From assembly GCA_009995365.1 (NCBI GenBank), contig JAACPR010000001.1, positions 30,680 to 94,679 on the forward strand: a DNA stretch of 64,000 nt, given 5' to 3'. The notes under the pieces are model-generated. The model was given only the letters and a program-made list of their open reading frames with translations. It ran no database searches and was not told where the DNA came from. The position numbers were made by a program, and so were the translations under genes. Positions 10,176 through 20,391 of the stretch are shown piece by piece. How positions within the stretch are numbered: the stretch's first letter is position 1; every line of letters starts with the position of its first letter. Source of the DNA: Candidatus Parcubacteria bacterium. Lineage in GTDB: Bacteria > Patescibacteriota > Minisyncoccia > Phycocordibacterales > JAACPR01.

Positions 10176-13154
10176 ATGGATAAAAATTTATTTGAGGAGC
10201 AATATAAACAACTAAATCAAAAACAAAAGGAAGCGGTCGATACGATCGAAGGGCCTGTAATGGTTATTGCTGGACCTGGGACTGGAAAGACGACAATCCT
10301 CACTCTTCGTATCGCAAATATTCTACAAAAAACCGATACTCAGCCTGAAAATATATTAGCCCTTACTTTTACAGAGTCAGGTGTTTTTTCCATGAGGAAA
10401 AAATTATCAAAAATTATTGGATCAGTGGCTCACAAGATTAATATTTTCACTTTTCACGGTTTTTGTAATTATCTAATAGAACAATATCCAGAAAATTATC
10501 AAAAAATTATTTCTTCTAAACCAATCTCTCAATCACAACAAATTAAATTAATCGAAGACATAATTTTGCAAGGTGACTTTGATTTGGTTAAGCCAATAGG
10601 AGATCAGACTTATTATGTAATGAAAATAAAATCAGCGATCTCTCACCTAAAAAAAGAAGGCTTCACTTTTGATGAATATAAGGAAATTTTGCAAAACAAA
10701 ATTACTGAAATTGAAGATGATGAGTCTTTGATAAATAAAAAAACTGGCAAACTAAAAGGCGACGCATCGAGAGAACTTAAAAAAATAAAGAGAAGTTTAG
10801 AATTGAATACTGTTTACAAAGAATACCAAGGCAGATTGCGCGAACTCAAGCTGTTTGATTTTGACGATATGATTTTAGAGACACTAGAAGCGTTTGATAA
10901 TGATCCTGACTTTCTTTTGGAGCAACAAGAAAAATTCCAATATTTATTAGCAGATGAACATCAAGACACTAACCATGCTCAAAATAGAATATTAGAATTG
11001 TTGGCAGATTTTCACGACAGTCCAAACATTTTTATTGTAGGCGACGAAAAACAAGCTATCTTTCGATTCCAGGGTGCGTCTCTGGAGAATTTTCTTTATT
11101 TCAAAGACAAGTTTAAAGACACAAAAATAATCCAGCTTAAAGAAAATTATCGTTCTAATCAAAACATTTTAGATAATGCTTTTGAATTAATTTCTCGAAA
11201 CGAAACCGACGAATCGCTCAAGATTGAATTAAAAAGTGGAATCAAGACTGTTGATGAGGATAATTTAGATATACCTGAAAAAATTCAAGTTAAAGAATAC
11301 AAAAATTACAACCAAGAAATTTACAGTATTTCTGAAAAGATTAAAACCTTAATTGACAAAGGAGTAGACCCAAATGAAATAGCAATTATTTATCGTAAAA
11401 ATTCTGAGTCTTCCGAAATTAGCAAAATTCTCGAAGCTAAAAAAATTCCTTATTATATAAATTCAAAGCAAAACATAATGGACAGTGATGATGTCCTAAG
11501 AATTAAAATAATGTTAAAGGCAATTAGCGACCCTTTTTCAAATCCCGACATCATATCTCTATTTAATTTAGACTTTATAAATTTACCTCTTAGAGATATC
11601 CACAAGATTTCTAAAAAATTACGGGATAATAATATTTTTGATTTAGTAAACGAGCTTGATGAAGATGAGTTTGAAGATTTTGGAAAGATTAAACAGGTAA
11701 TTTCAAAGATAGATTATTTTCATAAGCAATCAAAAAATCGTAATGGACTGCGGGTTTTTGAAGAGTTAATAAATGACTTTGGTTTAATTGATTCAATTTT
11801 AGGTTCGAATGATTCTGTCGAGAGAATGGCAGTTATAAATAAAATTCATTCCGAATTCAAAACAAATAGCGCTTCAAAAAATAATTATCTATTAAGTGAT
11901 TTTATAGAATACTTAAACACTTTAGAGATTTATAATATAGATCTTGAAACTTATATAAATGATATAGATGAAGGAGTTTCTCTGATGACCGCGCACGGCT
12001 CAAAAGGATTAGAGTATGATTATGTTTTTATTATTAATACTAATCAGAAAAATTGGGGTAATTCATCAAGTAGAAATTATTTTGACTTACCTTATATAAA
12101 TAAAGAGATCAAAAATAACCAATCTACAGAAGATGAAAGAAGGCTGTTCTATGTATCTCTAACACGAGCCAGAAAAATGGTTCAGTTAAGTTATTCTGAA
12201 TTTAGTAATGACGGTAAAGAAAACTACCCATCTCAGTTTATAGATGAACTAAAAAAAGATATGGTAGATTTTGAAAAAGTTAAACCAATAAAAAATCATA
12301 ATATAATTTCTGATTTATTAAAAAGTGAAAGACAAAAAACAAAAATAACTGACAAAAATTACATCAAGAAAATGTTTTTAGAAACGCCAATGTCTGTAAC
12401 TGCTCTCAATAACTATCTAGAATGTCCATGGAGGTATTTTTATTCAAATCTTATTAGAATTCCTATGCCTACAACCAGTAGTTTAGCTTTTGGTAATGCG
12501 ATACATGCTACATTTAAATGGTATGTTGATAACATAAAACAAAAACCTGATATAGAAAAATTGAAAGACAAATTTACAGAATTTCTAGAAGAGCAAAATG
12601 TCGATTCTGATAATAAAAAAACTATTAAAAAAGAGGCGAGTGAGATACTGCCAAAATATTTTGAAACTTTTTTAAAAGATTTAGACCCAAAAATAGAGCG
12701 CTTAACTGAATATAGTATTTCAGATTACACTTTAAAATTTGATGATTGTGAAATTCGTTTAAAAGGTAATTTGGACAGGATAGATTTTATCAACGACAAA
12801 GATGTAGAAGTTATTGATTACAAAACCACTAAACCAAAATCTGAGAATGAGATAAAAGGGAAGACACAAAATAGTGATGGAGCATATTATCGCCAATTAA
12901 TTTTCTACAAGATGTTGATTGAAAATCACAAAGATTGGAAAATGAAAAATGCGCAATTAAATTTTGTTAAACCTAATGATAAGGGTGATTTTCTCTCTAG
13001 AATTTTTGAAATTTCGAATGAGGAAGTGGAGGATTTGAAAAAAACAATTATAAAAGTATCTAGGGAAATAGTTAATGGTGATTTCCTAAATAAAAAATGT
13101 GACAAGCCAGATTGTAGCTATTGTAGAAAAGTAGATATTTTCAATAGAAATTAA
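10176..13154 (+). CDS. UvrD/PcrA-like superfamily 1 helicase fused to a C-terminal PD-(D/E)XK nuclease with Cas4/AddB-like Cys cluster
   Basis: Walker A 'AGPGTGKTT', motif II 'LLADEHQDTNHAQ', 'ENYRSNQNIL'. C-terminus: 'CPWRYFY', 'DRIDFINDKDVEVIDYKTTKPK', 'CDKPDCSYC'. Confidence 0.8.
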   Translation: MDKNLFEEQYKQLNQKQKEAVDTIEGPVMVIAGPGTGKTTILTLRIANILQKTDTQPENILALTFTESGVFSMRKKLSKIIGSVAHKINIFTFHGFCNYLIEQYPENYQKIISSKPISQSQQIKLIEDIILQGDFDLVKPIGDQTYYVMKIKSAISHLKKEGFTFDEYKEILQNKITEIEDDESLINKKTGKLKGDASRELKKIKRSLELNTVYKEYQGRLRELKLFDFDDMILETLEAFDNDPDFLLEQQEKFQYLLADEHQDTNHAQNRILELLADFHDSPNIFIVGDEKQAIFRFQGASLENFLYFKDKFKDTKIIQLKENYRSNQNILDNAFELISRNETDESLKIELKSGIKTVDEDNLDIPEKIQVKEYKNYNQEIYSISEKIKTLIDKGVDPNEIAIIYRKNSESSEISKILEAKKIPYYINSKQNIMDSDDVLRIKIMLKAISDPFSNPDIISLFNLDFINLPLRDIHKISKKLRDNNIFDLVNELDEDEFEDFGKIKQVISKIDYFHKQSKNRNGLRVFEELINDFGLIDSILGSNDSVERMAVINKIHSEFKTNSASKNNYLLSDFIEYLNTLEIYNIDLETYINDIDEGVSLMTAHGSKGLEYDYVFIINTNQKNWGNSSSRNYFDLPYINKEIKNNQSTEDERRLFYVSLTRARKMVQLSYSEFSNDGKENYPSQFIDELKKDMVDFEKVKPIKNHNIISDLLKSERQKTKITDKNYIKKMFLETPMSVTALNNYLECPWRYFYSNLIRIPMPTTSSLAFGNAIHATFKWYVDNIKQKPDIEKLKDKFTEFLEEQNVDSDNKKTIKKEASEILPKYFETFLKDLDPKIERLTEYSISDYTLKFDDCEIRLKGNLDRIDFINDKDVEVIDYKTTKPKSENEIKGKTQNSDGAYYRQLIFYKMLIENHKDWKMKNAQLNFVKPNDKGDFLSRIFEISNEEVEDLKKTIIKVSREIVNGDFLNKKCDKPDCSYCRKVDIFNRN

Positions 13155-13181
13155 TTTATTGAAATCATTTTTTTAATTCGA

Positions 13182-13889
13182 TTAAAATTCCAATGAATTT
13201 TGTTGTATAAAATCACTCAGTAATGAATAAGGTAGAGCGCCTGATAGGTTTTCTTGAATCCCTGTTTTTGTAATGACGATATTATAAGGAGTTCCAAATT
13301 CTCGATCGATTGATTTGATATATTCAATATCTTTTAGATCGTCCTCAATTTTTTTTATTGTTTCAGGTTCTTCAGTGCAGGAATTAATTTCTTCGGTATC
13401 TAATCCAAGATTTTCTAAAATAATATTTGTATTTGACTCACTGATTGATTCTGGGGCATTATCAAAAATTTGATTAGTAAAATTCCAAAACATGTTATTT
13501 CCTCCAATTTCAGATACACATTCAGAAACAAGAGCAATTCTGCGTGCATTAGAGTGTATTTCTTCTAAGGGGGCTTGTCGATATATCCATGCAACACTAC
13601 CGGTTTGGCCGTAATCATCGATAATTCTCCTCATTGTGGTATGGAATTCTTGGCAGTATGGACATTCAAAGTCAGAGTATTCGATAATTATTACATCTGC
13701 GTCAGGGTTACCAATAATATGATCTTCGGCAGTTATTGGTTGGATTTTATCATCTTTTATTTCAACAAATTCCTCCTTTTCAAACAGATTTGCTAATAAA
13801 TTTGTTCTAGAAATGAATATACCGCCACCGATTACAATTCCGGAAATTAAAATAGTTAATGCAAAAGCTAAAGAGTTATTTTTGTTCAT
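13182..13889 (-). CDS. DsbA-like thiol:disulfide oxidoreductase (thioredoxin fold), membrane-anchored
   Basis: N-terminal TM helix; CxxC active site 'FECPYCQEFH'. Confidence 0.7.
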   Translation of the reverse strand: MNKNNSLAFALTILISGIVIGGGIFISRTNLLANLFEKEEFVEIKDDKIQPITAEDHIIGNPDADVIIIEYSDFECPYCQEFHTTMRRIIDDYGQTGSVAWIYRQAPLEEIHSNARRIALVSECVSEIGGNNMFWNFTNQIFDNAPESISESNTNIILENLGLDTEEINSCTEEPETIKKIEDDLKDIEYIKSIDREFGTPYNIVITKTGIQENLSGALPYSLLSDFIQQNSLEF

Positions 13890-13925
13890 AATTATGTTAT
13901 TATTTCAGAATAAATTATAACATAT

Positions 13926-14726
13926 ATGGATTTACTACTATCAATTTTATTAGGTTTTGTTCAAGCAGTAACAGAATTTTTACCCATTTCTTCTTCTGGG
14001 CATCTAATTTTGTTTAGAGATTTAACAAATACTCAGTTTGAATATGGATTAGCATACGATTCTGTATTGCAATTCGCTACTACTTTGGCCGTTGTTGTGT
14101 ATTTTCGAAAAGATATCCTTCGTCTAATAGATTCGTTTTTTAAAATTTTCACAGGCAAGTTAGAAAAACACGAGGACAAAATTTTAATAGGGGCAATTAT
14201 TATCGGAACAATTCCTGCAGTTGTTTTTGGTCTTTTATTGGAAGATTTAATGGATACAATTTTCAGAAGCTCACTGTTGGTGGCTGCTACTTTAATTTTA
14301 GGTGCAATTATTATGCATTTCGCTGATAAAATATCTAAACAAGATAGAGAAATTAATATTAAAAATGGTCTGATTATTGGTTTATTTCAATCGCTAGCAT
14401 TGATTCCAGGCATGTCTAGATCAGGAATGACAATATCTGGGGGTTTATTGATGGGGCTTAAAAGAGAAGCCGCAATTAGATTCAGTTTTCTTTTAGCTAT
14501 TCCTGTTTTATTGGGATCTGGGGTAAAAAAAATGCTAGATTTAGAATCTAGCGGCTTGTTAAGTTCTCTAGGCTTAGAGCTTGTTTTTGGGGCTATAACG
14601 GCTTTTATTTTTGGCATTCTAGCTATCAAATTCCTTATCACATACTTAAAAAACAATAGCTTTAAAGTATTTATTTGGTATCGCTTGATATTAGCGTCTG
14701 TTATTGTATTAATTTGGTTTTTTTAA
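13926..14726 (+). CDS. uppP: undecaprenyl-diphosphate phosphatase
   Basis: 'VTEFLPISSSGHLIL' N-terminal signature; 'PGMSRSGMTISGGLLMGL'; multi-TM. Confidence 0.85.
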   Translation: MDLLLSILLGFVQAVTEFLPISSSGHLILFRDLTNTQFEYGLAYDSVLQFATTLAVVVYFRKDILRLIDSFFKIFTGKLEKHEDKILIGAIIIGTIPAVVFGLLLEDLMDTIFRSSLLVAATLILGAIIMHFADKISKQDREINIKNGLIIGLFQSLALIPGMSRSGMTISGGLLMGLKREAAIRFSFLLAIPVLLGSGVKKMLDLESSGLLSSLGLELVFGAITAFIFGILAIKFLITYLKNNSFKVFIWYRLILASVIVLIWFF

Positions 14727-15304
14727 AATAAGCTTTTTGTCACTTTGGAATCATTTTCGTCGGCTTTCCAATCGCTAGTGTCAATTGGTATTTTGATAAT
14801 TTCATTTGAAAGTTTATCTTTCAATTTTAGATATCCGTTATCACGAGCATATTCGTAAACTTCTTTGGTTATAATAACATCTTCTTCACAGTATTTTTTT
14901 ATCTTATCTATCTCTCCAGTCTTCCACCATTCAACCGCCTGTAATCCGTGTGAAATTTTACCTTTACCTAATGTTGCCGCAGCGATATCATCCAGTTTCG
15001 GACGACGACCAAAAGATTTTTTGATATCAACCATTAAATCAATACTTTTAATTTCATTCAAATCTCCAGCGTAATATTTATTTAAAAGAGGAATATCAAA
15101 ATGGTTAGAGTTGTATCCAATCATAGCATCAGTGTTTTCAAAAAGTGGCCACATATTAGAAAATTCCTCGACGGTGAAACTTTGGACAACTCCGGTTTTA
15201 CTATCATAGACTGATACAACCGAAATATCTAAATCTGCCGGATTGCTTGAGCCCACTTCTTGGAAAATATTTCTAGTTTCAATATCAAATACAATGTAAT
15301 TCAT
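14723..15304 (-). CDS. DEDD-family 3'-5' exonuclease
   Basis: ExoI 'IVFDIET', ExoII 'GYNSNHFDIPLL', ExoIII 'YCEEDV'. Confidence 0.7.
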   Translation of the reverse strand: MNYIVFDIETRNIFQEVGSSNPADLDISVVSVYDSKTGVVQSFTVEEFSNMWPLFENTDAMIGYNSNHFDIPLLNKYYAGDLNEIKSIDLMVDIKKSFGRRPKLDDIAAATLGKGKISHGLQAVEWWKTGEIDKIKKYCEEDVIITKEVYEYARDNGYLKLKDKLSNEIIKIPIDTSDWKADENDSKVTKSLF

Positions 15305-15373
15305 GAGTGCTTATTTTAGCTTATCTATTTTGTTATGCCAAATTTAAAAACTTGTAAGACTTTCAGAACTTTT

Positions 15374-16609
15374 TTATTTATTGTCCAATTGTTCTTTTAA
15401 GAAATCTACTAATTGATTGTAAGATAATTCTTTTTCTTCACCTTTAGCTAAATATTTTAATTTAACTTTTTTACTTTTAACTTCATCTTGTCCGATAATA
15501 ACAACAAAAGGCACACCCTTTTTATCAAAGAATTTAATTTGATCACCAATTTTTTTAGTAGGGTAATGAACCAAGACGTCGAAACCTTGCTTGCGAAGGT
15601 CATCCGCTTGTTTGATAGCGTAATCGTTTGATTCTTCGTCGAAAATTGCAATTCCAACATGCGCGGGTGTAATTTTTCTAGAGATCAAGTTTCTGGATTC
15701 TAAAACATCTTTAATTGTCACATCTCCCATTCCAAATCCAATTGTAGGTAGTTTGTTTGCTCCAAAAATTTCCAACAAGTTGTCATATCGTCCACCACCA
15801 AATACAGATCTTCGATTTTCTGGGTTTGTGTCAAAAATTTCAAAAACTATTCCAGTATAGTAATCAAAGCCGCGAACCATGTTTGGATCAAAAACTATAT
15901 TTTTGATTCCGCGCTTGTTCAATTTTTCTGTTAGTTTTTCGATTTCGTCACTTGGCTTTATTACAACATCGTAATTTTTACCTAAAATTTTAAAAGCTTT
16001 GTCGTTGAAGTCGTCGACTTTATCTTTTTTGTCCAGTAAACGTATAAATTCTTTTTTCTTTTCCTCGTCTAGTCCTAAATCATCTAGGGCTTGATTTAAT
16101 ATTTGTCTATCATTAATCTTGATAACAAAATCAGATTCATTCAAGCCAAAACGAGTCATTATTTTGTAAGCTATTTCAATAATTTCAGCTTCGGCATCAA
16201 TTCCCCCAATACCAAATATGTCTGCATTTAATTGCCAGTGTTCGCGTAGGCGACCTTTTTGAGGTCTTTCATAACGAAAAACATTTGGTATGGAATACCA
16301 ACGAAGTGGAAAGGAGAGTTCTCTTTGTTTTTTGGCTATCATTCTAGAGACAGTAGGAGTCATTTCTGGACGAAGCGTTACTTTTCGATTACCGCGATCT
16401 ACAAAACTATAAGTCTGCTCGTTGAAAATTTCATCACTAGTTTTTGATTCATATAATTCACTTGGCTCTAAAATTGAAGCATTGTAATGTTCGAATCCAT
16501 ATTGTTGTAAGACTTCGTGCCAAACAGATTTTATATAATCCAGAACGAACATATCTTCTGGATAAAAATCCCTAACACCTTTGTAACTTGAAGTATCTAA
16601 TTTTTTCAT
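15374..16609 (-). CDS. hisS: histidyl-tRNA synthetase
   Basis: 'RWYSIPNVFRYERPQKGRLREHWQLNADIFG' (motif 2), 'GGGRYDNLLEIFG', C-terminal anticodon-binding domain. Confidence 0.9.
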   Translation of the reverse strand: MKKLDTSSYKGVRDFYPEDMFVLDYIKSVWHEVLQQYGFEHYNASILEPSELYESKTSDEIFNEQTYSFVDRGNRKVTLRPEMTPTVSRMIAKKQRELSFPLRWYSIPNVFRYERPQKGRLREHWQLNADIFGIGGIDAEAEIIEIAYKIMTRFGLNESDFVIKINDRQILNQALDDLGLDEEKKKEFIRLLDKKDKVDDFNDKAFKILGKNYDVVIKPSDEIEKLTEKLNKRGIKNIVFDPNMVRGFDYYTGIVFEIFDTNPENRRSVFGGGRYDNLLEIFGANKLPTIGFGMGDVTIKDVLESRNLISRKITPAHVGIAIFDEESNDYAIKQADDLRKQGFDVLVHYPTKKIGDQIKFFDKKGVPFVVIIGQDEVKSKKVKLKYLAKGEEKELSYNQLVDFLKEQLDNK

Positions 16610-16655
16610 GTAAATATTTTAGCAAAAAACTAAATTTATTGCTAAAATTAAAGCA

Positions 16656-16889
16656 ATGGAAAATTTAGAAAAAATAATTAACATACCTCTTCCTCCAGAA
16701 ATTTTATGGATTCTTTTTGCTGGAGTTGTTGTTTTCTTTTTGGTTATGGCTTTTATACTTGGGCATCATTGGAAATATTATGGAATCAAGGGTAATTCAA
16801 AAGTTTTCGCAAGAGCGTTATTTTGGATTATTGCAGTTTTCCTGATAGTTTTAATGGTGTCAGCGATTTTATTTTTTGAAACAACATGA
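16656..16889 (+). CDS. small 2-TM membrane protein (YdbS-like?)
   Basis: 77 aa with two hydrophobic helices; ATGA-overlapped with the next ORF. Confidence 0.4.
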   Translation: MENLEKIINIPLPPEILWILFAGVVVFFLVMAFILGHHWKYYGIKGNSKVFARALFWIIAVFLIVLMVSAILFFETT

Positions 16890-17434
16890 TTGATTTTAGA
16901 GAAAATGAACATATACTTTTTGAAGTACGAAAACATTGGTTTATTATTGCCACTGAATTGTCTATTATAACCCTATTAGCTTTTTTACCTCTTTTAATCC
17001 CGTCTATTTTAGAGGGGTTAAATTTATCGATTACTTTTGGGGAAACTGAGAGTTTTTGGTCCGTTTTCATATTCTTCTATGCTTTTTGGCTCTTGATTTT
17101 ATGGATTATTGGTTTTGTCTTTTGGACTAATTATTTTTTAGATGTCTGGGTTGTTACTAATGAAAAAATATTAGATGTTGAACAAGTTGGACTTTTCAGT
17201 CGTGAGATGTCGATGCTTCATCTAGAAAAAATTCAAGATGTTACTGTCGAAGTTAGGGGTATTGTTGCGACTCTGATGAGGTTTGGAGACCTACATGTTC
17301 AAACAGCGGGACAACAAAGAGAATTTATAATTCACAATATCCCTCATCCAGATAAATTTGCTAAAAAAATTAATAATATTTTGATGAAACACAAAGATAA
17401 TACTATTAACGAACTTGTTAAAACTTTGAACTAG
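16886..17434 (+). CDS. membrane protein with bacterial PH (bPH_2/YdbT-like) domain
   Basis: Two N-terminal TM helices, then 'EKILDVEQVGLFSREMSMLHLEKIQDVTVEVRGIVATLMRFGDLHV', which has the character of a bPH fold. Confidence 0.5.
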   Translation: MIDFRENEHILFEVRKHWFIIATELSIITLLAFLPLLIPSILEGLNLSITFGETESFWSVFIFFYAFWLLILWIIGFVFWTNYFLDVWVVTNEKILDVEQVGLFSREMSMLHLEKIQDVTVEVRGIVATLMRFGDLHVQTAGQQREFIIHNIPHPDKFAKKINNILMKHKDNTINELVKTLN

Positions 17435-17459
17435 ACTAATTATATGTATAATTAGTTTT

Positions 17460-18311
17460 ATGAATTTAGGAAATATTTTTGAGGTAATTAAAAATTGGAT
17501 ACTAGGAGACGGTTCTCAAATCGTTATTTTATTAGTAGTTGGTTTTATTATTTATAAGTTTATTAGACCTGTTATAACAAAAATAATTAGAAAGGCAGTT
17601 ACAGAAGATCCTCATTTAACAAAAGAAGAGGAGGTCAGGAGAGAGGATACATTGATTAAGATAGTTACCGGGACCGTAAAAATAGCAACAATTATTTTTG
17701 TAGCTTTGATGATTCTATCAGAGTTTGGTATTGATATTGGTCCATTGATTGCAGGTGCTGGTGTTGTTGGACTTGCTCTTGGTTTTGGTGGACAGTATTT
17801 AGTTAAGGACATCATTACAGGTTTATTTATTATTCTAGAAAATCAATATCGCGTTGGTGATGTCGTAAAGATTGCGGGGATTGCCGGATTAGTCGAAGAT
17901 GTGTCGCTTAGGGTAACAATACTACGTGATCTAGATGGTACGGTTCACCATATTCCACATGGTGATATAACAACCGTTTCTAATATGGCCAAAGGATTTT
18001 CTCGCGTTAATCTGAACATTGGTGTTTCTTATAATACTGACATCGAAAAAGTAAAAGAGGTAATTAATCGCGTGGGTAATGAATTAGCCGAAGATCCGGA
18101 CTTTAAAGAAAACATTATTGATGCTCCAAAATATGTTCGAATTGATTCATTTGACGATTCATCAATTAGTATCAAGATATTAGGTGAAACAAAACCGCTT
18201 GCGCAATGGGAAATTGCTGGAGAGATGCGTGCTAGATTGAAAAAAGCCTTTGACGAAGAAGGTGTTGAGATTCCATTTCCACAAATGGTTATACATCAAG
18301 ACAAAAAATAA
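17460..18311 (+). CDS. mscS: small-conductance mechanosensitive channel (MscS family)
   Basis: 'YRVGDVVKIAGIAGLVEDVSLRVTILRDLDGTVHHIPHGDITT' MscS beta-domain signature; 3 TM helices. Confidence 0.85.
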   Translation: MNLGNIFEVIKNWILGDGSQIVILLVVGFIIYKFIRPVITKIIRKAVTEDPHLTKEEEVRREDTLIKIVTGTVKIATIIFVALMILSEFGIDIGPLIAGAGVVGLALGFGGQYLVKDIITGLFIILENQYRVGDVVKIAGIAGLVEDVSLRVTILRDLDGTVHHIPHGDITTVSNMAKGFSRVNLNIGVSYNTDIEKVKEVINRVGNELAEDPDFKENIIDAPKYVRIDSFDDSSISIKILGETKPLAQWEIAGEMRARLKKAFDEEGVEIPFPQMVIHQDKK

Positions 18312-18315
18312 ATAT

Positions 18316-19011
18316 TTAGCTAAATTTAATAGGTGCTTTTTTAATTATATCTGTAATTTCATCAACATCGTCAGTTATTGTGTATAGGTTAATATCACCT
18401 TCATCAATTTTTTCATTCTGCAGCAAATTTTCTTTGATGAATTTGTCCAAGTTATTCCAATAATCTTTTCCGACTAAGATCACGGGCCTCTTTTCAATTT
18501 TTTTTGTTTGGATGAGGGTAAGCATCTCAAATAATTCGTCCAATGTTCCAAAACCACCTGGAAAATAGATGTAGGCTTCAGCAGAAAAAGCTAGACATAC
18601 TTTTCGGGTAAAGAAATAATAAAAATCGTATGAATCTGATAGATAACTATTTACTGTTTGTTCGTGTGGTAATTGAATATTTAAACCAACAGACTTACCT
18701 CCACCTTCATGAGCGCCACGGTTAGCAGCCTCCATTATTCCAAAGCTTCCACCTGTAACAACTGCATATTCTGGTAATTCTTCGACAATTTTTTTAGTTA
18801 AATTTCTAGCTAGTATATAATCTGACTCGCTTTCTAATGTTCTTGCTGATCCAAAAACAGTTACTGATTTTTGATATTTTTTTATAACCCCGAAACCGTT
18901 TTGAAATTCAGTTCTAATAAAATCAATTCTTTTGTTAATTTGTTCGTTAAGTTCGTCTAATGTAATTGTCTCGTATTCTGGCTTATGTGGCCTATTGTGT
19001 TGTGTATTCAT
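18316..19011 (-). CDS. LOG-family (TIGR00730) Rossmann-fold nucleotide-binding protein / putative cytokinin riboside 5'-monophosphate phosphoribohydrolase
   Basis: 'VFGSAR', 'VVTGGSFGIMEAANRGAHEGGGKSVGLNIQLPHEQ', 'PGGFGTLDELFEMLTLIQTKK'. Confidence 0.8.
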   Translation of the reverse strand: MNTQHNRPHKPEYETITLDELNEQINKRIDFIRTEFQNGFGVIKKYQKSVTVFGSARTLESESDYILARNLTKKIVEELPEYAVVTGGSFGIMEAANRGAHEGGGKSVGLNIQLPHEQTVNSYLSDSYDFYYFFTRKVCLAFSAEAYIYFPGGFGTLDELFEMLTLIQTKKIEKRPVILVGKDYWNNLDKFIKENLLQNEKIDEGDINLYTITDDVDEITDIIKKAPIKFS

Positions 19012-19063
19012 ATGTGTATGATTTTACCTTGATATCAATCAAAGGTAAAATTGCTTATAATAA

Positions 19064-20389
<1,326 letters not shown>

Positions 20390-20391
20390 AA

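Noticed and set aside
13890-13925. Possible leaderless promoter (TATAAC at 13916-13921) for uppP in the 36-bp divergent spacer
   Set aside because: The hexamer is only 4 nt from the ATG, which is too close for a functional -10/TSS geometry. The real promoter probably overlaps the divergent DsbA-like gene.
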